In this document: positions 25,491-37,381 of the stretch, in pieces
Numbering within the stretch: the first letter of the stretch is position 1
How the letters are laid out: every line of letters begins with the position of its first letter
DNA from: Penicillus capitatus
Lineage: Eukaryota > Plantae > Chlorophyta
Direction: 5' to 3'
Length of the DNA: 64,000 bases
NCBI GenBank assembly: GCA_965649825.1
Contig: OZ287694.1
Coordinates: 1,549,197 to 1,613,196, forward strand
Notes under the pieces: model-generated
Told to the model about the DNA's origin: nothing
What the model saw: the letters and a program-made list of their open reading frames with translations, nothing else
Databases searched by the model: none
Translations under genes and position numbers: made by a program

Positions 25491-25814
25491 AGAATCGACG
25501 GTTCAGAATTAGAAAAAAAGCAAGCGGCGGTTTTCGGCCTGACGCGTCTGAAAGAAAGAAGAAGGCAGCAAGCAGGACAAGCGATTGGTGACGTCGATGA
25601 CGTGACGTCTCCGTTCTAGACGGATGGATCGCGCAACTAGTCTCGAACGATCCGTTACGGTGTGTTCTGCTCATCTTCATCTTTTCAAACCTGCTGTTAC
25701 AGCGACAGTCAAAATGCGAAAGCTTCTGTCAGATGACGAAAACAGCTTTCGCTACATAGACCAGAGTGAAAGAAGCATAAATTCGGCACGTTACACGCCT
25801 CCATCAGACCGTTT

Positions 25815-27300
25815 CGCTTTACAAACGCTACACGCAGAAGCAAAACAGAGACCGTCACCACGACGCGACAGAGGAGCGAGTACAAAGTGAAAAAAAACGC
25901 GTTATTCGATCTCTCTCTATACGCATATCTACTTATGAATGACACATCTGATTACACATAACGGCGACAGATGCCGCGCGACAGTTCGTACGGCGAAACT
26001 GTCTCGTGTTATGCCATCACGGTTCATCGTAGAGTAAAAGACAGGCGCATAACGTGGAACGCACGAAAGGTCGGTCCATCTTCGTATGGTTATCTCGGTT
26101 TGCGTTTACGTCGCAGCGACACTCATCGAAGAGCTATAGTGAAGCGTCATCCGCAGAAAGAGTAGATGCATTCGACCACCTGAGAAACCTGCCGGCGTCA
26201 TGACCGTCGGGAGGAAAACCACGGCAGGCTGTTTCGTTCTCTGTCACGTCGTTGTCTAAGTCAACGGAGTCGGTCCTCTCCGACGATGTCAAACAATTCT
26301 CTAAAGCGTTCAAGTGAACGTTGCATCGTTCTGCATTGTTATCCTCGTCTCGCAGAAAGGAATGGAAGACTCCGCAAATCTGCAACAAAACAATCGTTGT
26401 TCCCCTTCACTCGTTCGACCGTCTCCATGTCGACCGTCGATCGACGCTGCTGTCAATAACAAGCTTTTCAGCTGATCTTTATGTAAACGACTAGCGCACT
26501 AACAAAACATCTCGTGATTGAAAAAGCGTCCGCGAGCTTCGTCGCCTTGATCAAAAGGCAAAGATCACGACAGCGTTAGCGCTCATTTTTTGACCATACC
26601 CAGCACCTCGATGTCCGTCACTGTCACTGCCACATGCCAGGGGACGACAGTAATGGATAGATATTTTGTACAAGACGATCCGTCCGTTGGAGCTGTGATC
26701 CATATGGCTACCACACTGAAGAATCCGAGTCTTTTCGAACAGGTTCTGTTCGTTTGCACCGCGACTTTCTGCAGAATTCTTTTAAAGGATAGCGATGCAG
26801 GATGATAACAGCGACAATGTCGTCGGCGTGAAGGCAGCTAGCTCACTTCGCTTTCGCCTGTCGCAAATCAGAAGGATGTCAAACGACGCCCGCTTGACCT
26901 GTACTGACGCGTCCTTAGCCTCCGCGGAATCGTTGTCGAGACAAAACTCTTTGCTCTAAATCCGCGAACACTGAGATTTAACTCTTGAGTTTACTGCTGA
27001 CACGAGAATCGACGATCGCCTTATAGGAAGACCGTAAGCCAGAAGTGGCCGGTCAGACGACGGCGAAAAGTGTCCATTCTATAGACCAACCTGAGGGTTA
27101 TCTTCGTCAGCGCGCTCTGCAGCTTCATGCAAAAAAGCATTAGGCGACAGCTCAGAATGTTCGTTTACCTACTGACCTCTCTCCGCAATGGAGAGGAACG
27201 ACGAATAAGCACGTCTGTCGAGTGATACGTGCAAGAACAGTTTCGTGAGAAAAGGCAATGGGGAACGCATCCGTCAGTCTACCAACAACCCTTCTTTTAC
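25815..27300 (-). pseudogene. Decayed, possibly WD40-like relic; diverged paralog of 49730-50800
   Basis: Patchy DNA similarity to 49730-50880, many stops and indels, fragment GHFSPSSDRPLLAYG on the minus strand. Confidence 0.35.
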
Positions 27301-27426
27301 AGAGCGTTCTCAATAACGTGCGACACAACGATCATTCGCTAACCAATCTCGCTTATTCAAACGAGTCTAAGAATTTTCAAATGAGAATTTGTACTGGAAA
27401 GATAATCAAATGCTTCTGAAACGACT

Positions 27427-29970
27427 TCATTCGGCAGATGTGTCAGGTGGATCCTGTCTTTGAACTTGGTCGATGGAGGTTTCCAGCTTGCTCATTCTCT
27501 CCTCCATGCTTTTCTTCCAGTCTTCCATTTCGTCCAGTTGACGTGCCATTTTCTCAACCAGGGATGCAGTTGCCAAACACGGGGCCATCAGTTTTTCTAT
27601 CCTCTCAGAGTGAACGCAGAGTTGTTTGCCAATGTTGTCAACAAGACTCTGTTTGGTCTTCAGCGCCTCCTTCTTGACGACTTTCTCGAGTTCCACAAGC
27701 CTGCCTTGCCATTCTTTGTTGGGCGACGCTCCGTCGATGTCGTTTTCCAGTGTCAAATAATGGAAGACTCTTCCAGTCATTGAGTGGGCGAGGAAGTCAG
27801 CAGAGCAGAAGTCTCCATTCCTCCGGATGAGTTTACCGAAGTTGGAAACAAAAATCTCATCCGTCCTTTGAGCCAAACAGATTTCGTGAGCAAATGTTAA
27901 AGCCTGATGATGCACTTACTGGTTTCTGCGTCCAGTAAGGAAAAATCTCAGCGACGTTTGAAAGCCGGAGATAAGCTTCATCTGTCGCTTTTTCAGTTCT
28001 GCTCCCTCCCTCGATCGAACTCTGTCATACGTATCCGTCAACACAGCGACCAGCAGGCTCATGAGTACAATCCCGCTGATATAAATGAAGGAACTGAACA
28101 GCAGTGATCTCCAGACAGAGAGGAAACCACTCGAAGAACGGAGCATCTGTCAGGCAGACACGTCAGTTAGAATGGGAGTCTATAGTAGGGAGGCACTCAA
28201 CCACACCTCTCCTTCAAAGCTCCCGACAGAGGCATGGAAGAGAGTCTCGAGGGCTCGCGGAAGAGAATCAAACAGCTTTTCCTCGTCGTTGACGAATTCT
28301 TCGTCGAAGAGCACCAGGAATGCCGTCGAGTAGCCAAGCATCAGGAACAGTCCAATCAGAAGAAAAGGCAGAGAATCTGATAGAGCATACTGGACCATCG
28401 TCAAGAATGGACCTGTCCTCCTGAACGCCCGGAAAAACCGAAAAATCTGAACATCCCGAACAAGCTGTCAATACTCAGAAGAAATATTCGATGGAGAGTA
28501 CCCGCATCCAATGGAGGATGCATAAAAAGGATGTCTGGAAAGCAGTGGCAGTGTTCTGATGGTCGATGAGACAGATTTGTGGCAAGAGCACAAGTGTGAG
28601 CAGCAAAGTGCCAAACCTAAAGCAATCGACACGTTGCTACTCGATTCACTGGCAGTGTGATCTTCTACCTCAGAACGGATGTCCGATAGTACAGTCCAAT
28701 GGTATGCGACACGAGCGCAATAGACATCAGCACGATTAAAGTCGTATGATTGGACCCGTCTCCGTGTCTAAAAACCAGGGCAAAGCCTGTGAAGGTTGAG
28801 GTGGCCAACATATCGAGAACGAGGACTGTTAGAAACAAAGAAAGATATGTCTGAACCCAGGAGAATGTAAGCACTCTCAGCGTCTCGGACTCGTAAATCT
28901 TGACTGGACTGTTGGAACGAGTGAGGACATTTGCAAGAGTCTCACTATCCCACCTATACACAGAGGAGTAATAACATAAGAGATGATCTTCGAGCTTCTA
29001 CCCTGTTTCTGTTTGGCTTCCGCTGTAGCTAATGCAGAAGAACTTTGCAGCGGCCGCTACTTGTGTGTCCATGGATTGCATACTAGCTACAGTCGTGCTA
29101 CCCGCGAGCATTCCACAGCCTTTCCTTCCTCTCCGATTTTCGAACAAGGGAAACCAAAACATCTTTGCTTCATCGCGGTTCGCAGTGTTCCAATCCTTTA
29201 ATCCGTAATCGGTGAACAATCCAGCCAGGTACCCACTCTTGATACGACACGGAATCTGGGGCACTCGGAATCTGGCGTATTCAAAGGTGAACTTATCCTT
29301 GTGCAAGTAATCCCACATAAGGTCCGGATACATTCGGACGAGCTTGCGGAAATGCAGGTTCAGAAGGTAGCACGTTTCTCTGAGGGAAGTGAATCTCTCC
29401 AGCAATTTGTCCAGAATGAATTTGACATCTTCTACGGAATTCTTCTTCATAGCCCACGATAGAAGATCCTCGTGTCCGCTCCTAAATGTCAACAGAGTTC
29501 CTTTTTCTTTCGCAAACTGGAGAAGCTCCGTCGCGGCATCGTGGTTCTCGGTCTTAATCAAACGCCAAACAAGTGGCTTATTCGTCATGTCGACGGCACT
29601 GAAGATGCGGTCTCCATGCTCAGAAATCGCTCTGTCCAATGAACAAACATAGCATTAGGTTCGTTAAGAAAGCCAAACGCTGTTTACTGTTTCATGTCTT
29701 GAATTGTCCAGCTCCGTACATTCTCAAAAACAAGTTTCGTCATACAGCGGACGGAGTTGTCATGAGGTTCTAGAGGAACAGAGACCGCCCATTCGAACGA
29801 TGACACGTGGAAGAAGAAGCCTAGGTTCCTAACGCGTCACCTCGTGTCGGTTCTCTTGTTGCCAGTTGCGTTATTTCAATACCCTCAGTACTGTCCTCTT
29901 GCTGTGCGTGAACTGGTTGCGTAATGTCTTCGTTGTCTTCGCGAATTTCGTTTCCGACACGTGCAGACAT
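27427..29970 (-). CDS. TRP-like cation channel (copy D); multi-exon, arginine-rich S4
   Basis: MSARVGNEIRED... with the family's phase-1 and phase-2 first introns; KPLVWRLI / DLLSWAM / FEYARFRVP; S4 HWMR|IFRFFRAFRRTG; pore FDSLPRALETLFHASVGSFEGE; S6 IVLMSLLVAVLTDTY; FHYL; coiled coil. Confidence 0.8.
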
Positions 29971-31598
29971 TCTGTTAAACGACATCACCGAGGGAGAAAC
30001 GGTTAAAGCAAGGAAAGGTTGAATACAGCTCGCGTCTCATAGATGGTTCGCGTAAAAATCTGCTATCGGTTTGAGGTCGCAGTTAAGTTGATGTCGGTAG
30101 AAATCGCTCAATGCTCATTGTAATGTCAAGATGAAACCGTGGGAGTCATTTTTCCAAATCCGGTTACAGACTTCAAGCAATTTAAAGTTTATCACTAATT
30201 GACATGACCACCATCTTCTTTAGGGAACAACGCTTTGCACTTGAAAATGCACTGCTAGTTTGTCTTTCTCACATTTCGAATGACATTGTGCTTTCGGTGT
30301 TCTGAGGAAAATGTCACACAAAGGAACTTTGATGGAGGGAAAACTCTGATGGACATGGATGATGCGACGTTCATCTACAGCATTTTACCTTTACAAACTT
30401 ATGCGTCCTCTCATCGGCGCTCCGCCGTCTTGAGCGAGTGCAGAACGCGACGACCAATCCTCGCGGCGAGAAATCCCTCGGTTGGGGCGTGTCATGCAAT
30501 CAAAATAATCGAACTTGTGATATCTACCCGAAGAAGATGAAGCGCTTTGTCGTCCGCTTTGACATCCAACTTGAAGAATGTGCTATCTATCTACTTGCCA
30601 ATACTGCCTGTCTGTAACGCAAACGAGTTCCGGGGAGATTTTTTTGAGTAGAAGGAAAGATACAGAAAACGAAATCGACGCAGAGAGCCAGTATCCCTGA
30701 ACATCAGCCAAAAGATAGGAGAAGGAAAAACAGAAAAACGACCTAAAGAGAAGGAGACCGTAGCAGTGCCTCCAGAACAGATAGGAGCAAATTGAAGCAA
30801 ACAAAACGGCGAAGAATCGGACCAGTGCCGCCGACAAACAACCAGTTATTTCAGCTGCTGACATCACTGCTCGGAGCAAAAGGGAAACAGGATTCAGTCA
30901 GTTCTTTGCAATCAAGTGTGCGACAATGCCTAAGGGGAATACGGTAATGCGTGATGAAGGTGACCAGCCACCAAGAAGCAAAAATGATTGGGTGGACTCT
31001 CCGTCTGTTTGTATGAGTCTTGTTATGGACACGTCGAGATGCATGTGTGATTCTTACTGGCTTTGTAAGGTCAGTGCCGGAATGGACGAGAGTAAGTGTC
31101 GTTTCTCGACGACAGCGAAGTCGTTCAGCGGTCCATTCACTGCTGCAACCTCCAGATCTGCATCCATAGCGATTACTTTCGTGAGCGTTTGCATACACAA
31201 GCATTGTCGATTGCAGTAGACCACTAGAGTCGCATCGTAGCACACAGAGAACATAGCACCACTGTAGGAGCCTTCGAAGGGGAGAAGACAACAAATCGAC
31301 AAGATGGGCGATGAACGAGTATTGAAGTGTCATTGCGCACTCTACGATTTAGATCGCATTTGCACAGCGGCGATTGATAAGCGATTCAGTCGAAGCACGT
31401 ATCGTTCAGCTCAGTCTTTGGACACGGTTTCAGGCTCACCGTAACAGTGTAGTCTGGCAGATAGTTTGGTAGAAACGGACGCGGTTATTGACGTCCTTGA
31501 TGGGACACATTCACGAACCCATTCGTGACAGTTATTATTGAATCAATGTGTTTGGATAAACGAACAACAACAACAGTTTATACTCAGCCTCAGTTAAC

Positions 31599-34066
31599 TC
31601 ACTCCTCATCGAGCAGCGTAATCGGCAGTGCTTTTTCGCGGAGTGGGCTAACATGAGCGTAGGCACTCTCATGGTTTCTATGATCCCTTGGCTCCTCTGG
31701 ATATGCGAGCACATATCCAACGAACTGTGAAACAGCCTCGTCATTGTGCTTGACAACAGAGGCATAAACATCATCTCCAACATACTCCAGCCTCCACACA
31801 CATGCTCTGTCCTTACTGTAAACACAACGCTACCAAATCAGACTGTGACCCGACATTGAAGAGAGGCAACTTTTCTGGTGTTGTGAAGCAGCAGAAATGA
31901 GTCCCTTGATCCACCTCATACGAAGTGGGAGGCAGGACTGTCAAGTAACTGCCTTTTACAGGCCTTCTGAGTCTGGGGTCAGGATCTGTGTGGATCTTGA
32001 CGAAGAACTCATTCGGCCTGTCTGCGGCCTCTAGGCACACTGTGATAGTCCTGTTGGTATCCGAGTGCCAAAAGGCGTAGATGCTCGATGCATCTCTCTC
32101 ATCATGATTCCAATACATACGCGAAGTCATAAACAGATCACCCATCGCGCAGAATCTTTTCAGCCCCGGCTCGATAATACGAACTGTGGTACTGCGATAT
32201 GACAGAAGAGGCGAGAAAATCAGGTGTACCTGGTTCATTGAGCAATCGCAGAGGTCTGATATTCTTCTGAAGTGGAATGGATATTCTCCTCGATGGCGTG
32301 CGAAAGTAATGGTAGTTAAACTTGCCGTAAGAATCTAAGCCCTCGATCAACGTTAGAGACGTTGTGTCTAATGCAGCATCTTTTCCTCGCCCCACTAACC
32401 TCCACGTGCCTTCAGATGCGGTGCCTTGGCGATGACCAGCACTGTCTTCGGCTCTCAAATCTCCATCCAACTTGTACTGTGCCAGGAAGTTAGAAGGAGA
32501 GAATGGGCTGTCGAGGGGTTCATTCTCAGATCTGGGGAAGTACAGAGAGAGGTGCATTGCGCCGTTCATCTTCCAATTACCACTCAGCACGTGTCCCACT
32601 CGAATGCTTTCTGGCGACTCTTCGATCGATAACCAGCCTCGCAGACCAGAGTCTTTCTTCAACGAAAGCAGCATTCTGCTTTGATACTCCTTTCCTTCGG
32701 CACCAGCGACGATCCCTTCCATTTCTAGAAGACCAGGACGAAGCAGGATATGGTACTGCAACGGAGGTGGCGTAAGCAAAGGATACTCGAAACTGTGAGA
32801 AAAAACAGAGCCTGCTGTCGTCTGTCCAACGAATGTAAATGACTTCTGAATGGAAGCAACGGCGATGTGAATGCCTTCATACTTATAGCGCACACCAGTG
32901 AAAAACAGTCTTGGATTGGAGGCTTCCCACTTTCCCCCCAGAATCAAAAATTGCTGCTCATTGTTGCTGTCCTTCGCTTCAGGGATCACACACCCTTGCA
33001 CGTTTTCATCTGGATCAAGACAGATGAGAAGGTAGGCAGATTCCACAGTGCCATCTGCTTGTTTATGTTGACCATATCCTTCGTACAATCCTGGCTCGAG
33101 TAAAGGCTGTTCTTCCTTCTCACTCTGCTCTTCTGCCGTCCCCTCGATCTCATATGCAGAGCACACCATGCTCTTAACCAAGCGGTTCGGAATCAGCTCG
33201 CCGGATCTGATCTCCATCCTGTTTATCGGATCCTTTCTGTGTCCCTTTCCCAACCACTTCACGATGCTATCTCGCTCATACGTCATGCCTGAGTCCCTCA
33301 GCAGGACCGGGTCCTGCATGACTTCCTTGCTAATAGGACAGCGAAGCTGATCGAGAACGGCATCTGACTGATCCGAGGACGGGGCTGCTTCACTCTTCTC
33401 TATAGACTCTGAAATCACATCGATTAACTGTTGCAGCTCGAATTCGTACAGTGCGTCTTTGTCCTTTCTTGCCTGGTGGATGTAGTCCTTCAACACATCC
33501 AAGTCCTGCAGTTTGGCGTCGACGGACATCGAGTGTTCCTTCATCATGTCGACGATGATAGACTTCATCTCCTCTGTCCCTTTCAGGTTCTTGTTGAATG
33601 CCTTCTCCATCTCTTCTTTCAGCATCTGAGTCTGATGCGTTGACGCCGCCGCTCTGTCGAATTTTGCGCGGCGCAGTTCATCCGTGAGCACGTTCACGCA
33701 TTTGTGCATCTCTCCCGTGACTGGAAGACTGGCGAGGGGTACTTGCTGCAGCGCGTGCTCCAGCATCTGAGCCGCCCGCTTAAGCGCTTCGCTATTCCTC
33801 CCGGCACAGAACATCGCGGTGAGATACGTCGGCTTGCAGCACGTCTCTATGACTCTGTCCGCTTCGTCGAGAGCGGCGAACACGAGGTCCATCGCCCTCT
33901 GAAGCGACGGGTCATCAACTGGGTGCTGCTCCAGTGTGTGTAAAAACGGTTTCGTCTGCTGCGCCAACGAGGCGAGCAGACTGCAGTCTTCTGCGTTCGC
34001 CACGGCGCGTTCGGCATGGTCGGCTATGCCTTCGACTACTTTCAAGGCCACGCTCAGAGGATCCAT
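31599..34066 (-). CDS. U-box E3 ligase-like protein with an N-terminal MLKL/MCAfunc-like four-helix bundle and C-terminal beta-rich repeats
   Basis: U-box LRCPISKEVMQDPVLLRDSGMTYERDSIVKWL...DPINR...LIPNRLVK. Helical N-terminus MDPLSVALKVVEGI...LDEADRVIETC. Repeats LLEPGL / LLRPGL / IIEPGL. The unspliced ORF ends at 32138; the extension to 31599 needs two predicted introns. Confidence 0.75.
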
Positions 34067-36341
34067 CACGATGCGGAAATAAAGGAGAATGCAAAACGTT
34101 GGCGATGGCACTGCACTGGATATAGCTTACGATGATAATCTTGTTATCAATGCAAAGAAACTTTAGATTCAGCGTAAACAAAGACGGAAACGCGAAACAC
34201 TTAAGGAACGTGAGATATCTTCACACGAGAAAGGAGTCCTTAAATACCCATGGTGTTCCTAATCTCTAACCTTAGAGATTAACTGTTATGAACTTCTAAT
34301 TATCTTCGATAACCATCTGCCTAATGTTTTCCAGCGGTTAGGTGTTCAGCCGACACACGTCGCGGCTAATGGTCAGAGCGACAGGAAGGTTACGCACTCT
34401 CACCCAACCGCAACTGGTGGTTTCGCCAAGCGGTTTACTTGCTCATTCCCCTACACTTATGATGATCGTCTTTAAGCACGTAAATGGCGCAAAGCTGCAT
34501 TCGGGCAAGATAGCAGTCGTATGGGCTGTTAAGCACTTTTTTCGGTCGGATGTGTTGGTCGTGCGAGTATTGCGAGCGGTATGCTAGCTGACAGCTTGCG
34601 TTGTATGCAGACAGGACGGCAGCGACGACTCATAGGGGCAATGGCTGGCGTAAGTGACCGTCACGTCTGTCACCTCTCTCACCGTGTGGTTTGTCGCCAA
34701 GTCTCCTTAGACGACTGTCCAGCTGTCCCCTGTCACACACACAGTTTGTGTGGATCTGTGTGATGTCGAATGCAGCATTGCGGAAGTCTTCAGCTTCAAG
34801 ACGCAGATGGTATCATACTGTATCATAATTCCATTTCTGGGAGTAGGGAGCCAGACAGTAGCTCGCAGTCATCAATTGGCGGCGGCCTGACGGCTCAATG
34901 AGCTGTTCCGCTTTTCGACAGGCGGCCCGTTTGGTGGATCTTGTGATCATGATCATTGGGTCATCTCTCGTGATTATTCTGTCTGGTGTGCTATTGCTGT
35001 GTATGTAAGGTCAGAGAAGAAGTGAGTGTACAGGAGGCAGTTCGTTCTACGCTTCTTTACTCGTGGAAATCGGCTCGAAACCTCTTCCCTCCATCTCCCT
35101 GTATAGCGAAACAGCGTACGACAACGTCGAATGGATAACGTCTGCGTTGACGGTAGATGACAGCGACAGCTCGAGGAGCAGCATCGCCGTGACTGGTTGA
35201 CTAATCGGACCTCTCGCTCGGACTCCGCAGTCGGTGGAATTCAAGGTCGCATTCTGTGTTTTTGGAATTTGTTGTACACTGTGGTTACCACACTTGCTTT
35301 GTACCTTCTCGGCATTCAGCGAAGCTCGCTTCTTTGCCGCCAACTCAAAGAAAAGCAACGCACTGCGGATTTTGCTTCGAATCTGAAACCCGTCTGCCAG
35401 ACAGACATCGTGATATCCAAGAAACATTGCTAGGCCTGTCTCCAGAAACCCATAGCTCTCCTTTGTTGAAGGAACCGAGTTCCATTTAGTGCGTGTCGAA
35501 GATGAGAAAGCTAGAGAGTTACTGCAGAGGTTCTCCAGAGCACATAAAATCTACAGCAGCGTTAAAGAATTCAATCAAAGACTTTAAATAGATCAGACTG
35601 GAGAGCCGCCGTCAAATGGACGAGCGCCGTCAAGGATCCAAAAGACGGTTACAGATGACCGAGGGTCATCGTCGACCCGGACAAGGAAGTGTAATATCTT
35701 GCCTGTTTGCATCGTACTTCTGTCGAACGTACCAACTCGCGTTCAACCGAAAACGCTCCACCGACAAGAAACCTCGTGTCGTAACTTATCTCGCGGCAAT
35801 ACGCCTTCTTAACGAACTGGATCGTTGCTCTCTTGTTCTTGCGAGACGTTCACTCAGGTGAGGGGTCTCATCACATTTTGACTCGACATGTCATTCGAGG
35901 TCACCACTTGGTCCATACTAAAAAGTGCGTCTCTGTCAACCAGCTTTGTCTCCTTCGGATGTTAAACATACTGAATGACGATTTGTTTTGAGCCAGAATT
36001 GGGAAAGCTTGTTTTCTTTTCTGTGTTCGGCACCCGCAAATCTATCGGTTCCTGCCTTCCTTGTGAGCCGACAGCTACGCGTTTTCAATACCTGTGAGCA
36101 ACGTGTAGAGAAATGTATAGCGGAACGGCAACGCGTGTGCATAGATGGGAAATCATGGCCATCGATTAGCTCTATCTCTTAAAAACAATACCCTTAAGTT
36201 CAAGAGCACGTGGTGGGGGGCAGAAAAAGCTCAAAACGGGGGTATCCAACATGTTCAAAGTGGGTGATAGAGAATCATGAGACCTAACCGCCGGGGCCTG
36301 AGGTTGATCGACCATTTGGTCGATTGGGACCTTTTGTTTCG

Positions 36342-37381
36342 ATGGTGGGCTATGCAGTGAACGACTCTCTACCCTTTGCCATGATGGGCTTGCTGCTGAT
36401 GCTTCGATATTCTACAGCATTCATGGTACTCTTCGACAATGGGTCTGGAGATGACGATCGCAACACCTTCGATACATTTCCGCATGCATTAGAGACGTTG
36501 TTCCACACCAGCCTTGGGAACTTTGAAAATGACGTGAGTTCTGTCAGTCGACACGTTCCTTGGCAGATCTCAGTAACGATTTCTTGGTGCAGATGCTCCG
36601 TCCTTCCAATGACTTTCTCACAGTCTGGAGGGCTTTGCTGTTTAATTCCTTCGTCTATGTTGGGCCGATTGTGCTGATGAGTTTGTTGATTTCTATACTG
36701 ACGGATACCCACGACAGAGTTCGATCAAGAGAGAAGGTAGAACAGGCGATGTACCGACTGCAAGCAACGTACGACTGTGCTATAATTGGCGCATTTGTTC
36801 GGAAGTAAGACAACTCAGATTCGATTAGAATGCTGCACGAGTTTCTTTGGGTTTGTTCTGGCATTCAGGTGTATACTTAGTAAACCCTTCGGCGAAATTT
36901 TCAACGCTTGGATAGTCGAACCATTATCGACGATAATAGATCGCAAGAACAGAGAACTCGGCAAGATCAGAGGCACGTGTTTTCACTTCCTGGTTCCTGA
37001 AGACATTGAAGAAGAATCCTATAACGAAGAGTGGCAAGGCAAATTTGTCACACTTGAAAGAACGATCAAGTCAGAAGCGGGAAAACACAGCACAGCTCTT
37101 GAAGGTCAATCAGTTACCTGATGCTAAAGACTTGGCAATCGATGATGTCTTGTTCAGAGATCCGTAAAAATACGAAGGATGAGTTTGTCGGGGTGATCGA
37201 CAGAATGCGCAAAATGGAAGAGACCGTGGGAGAGCAGATGCGTAAGATGGATGAGACCGTGGGCGAGATGAAACCACTGTCGACGAGAATGCGTAACATG
37301 GAAGAAAGCGTGGGCGAGATAAAAAACGCTGTTGACCAGATCCTTCAGAAACTCTCTAGACTCGAGCCTTCTACGGCGTAA
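36342..37381 (+). CDS. 5'-truncated TRP-like gene (S5-pore-S6-coiled coil only; copy E); possibly a pseudogene
   Basis: Homology starts abruptly at RPFGRLGPFVSM, with an in-frame stop just upstream. Downstream the frame stays open across three GT-AG introns: pore FDTFPHALETLFHTSLGNFEND, S6 IVLMSLLISILTDTH, CFHFLVP. Confidence 0.6.
37205..37321 (+). repeat. Three imperfect 33-nt (11-aa) repeats in the coiled-coil tail of copy E
   Basis: MRKMEETVGEQ, MRKMDETVGEM, then KPLSTR and MRNMEESVGEI. Confidence 0.85.

Noticed and set aside
30280-31560. Several 70-160 aa ORFs between channel copy D and the U-box gene (duplicated at 54740-56020)
   Set aside because: No recognisable motif or consistent splice model. 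Their identity between copies reflects the recent duplication, not selection.
32138-32145. Apparent prokaryote-style translational coupling (ATG overlapping the U-box stop)
   Set aside because: Better explained by an intron that joins the U-box frame to the downstream frame.
34342-36182. Short ORFs, including a 126-aa minus-strand ORF at 35047-35427
   Set aside because: No homology that I can recognise and no channel exons upstream of the pore-only gene; treated as intergenic.
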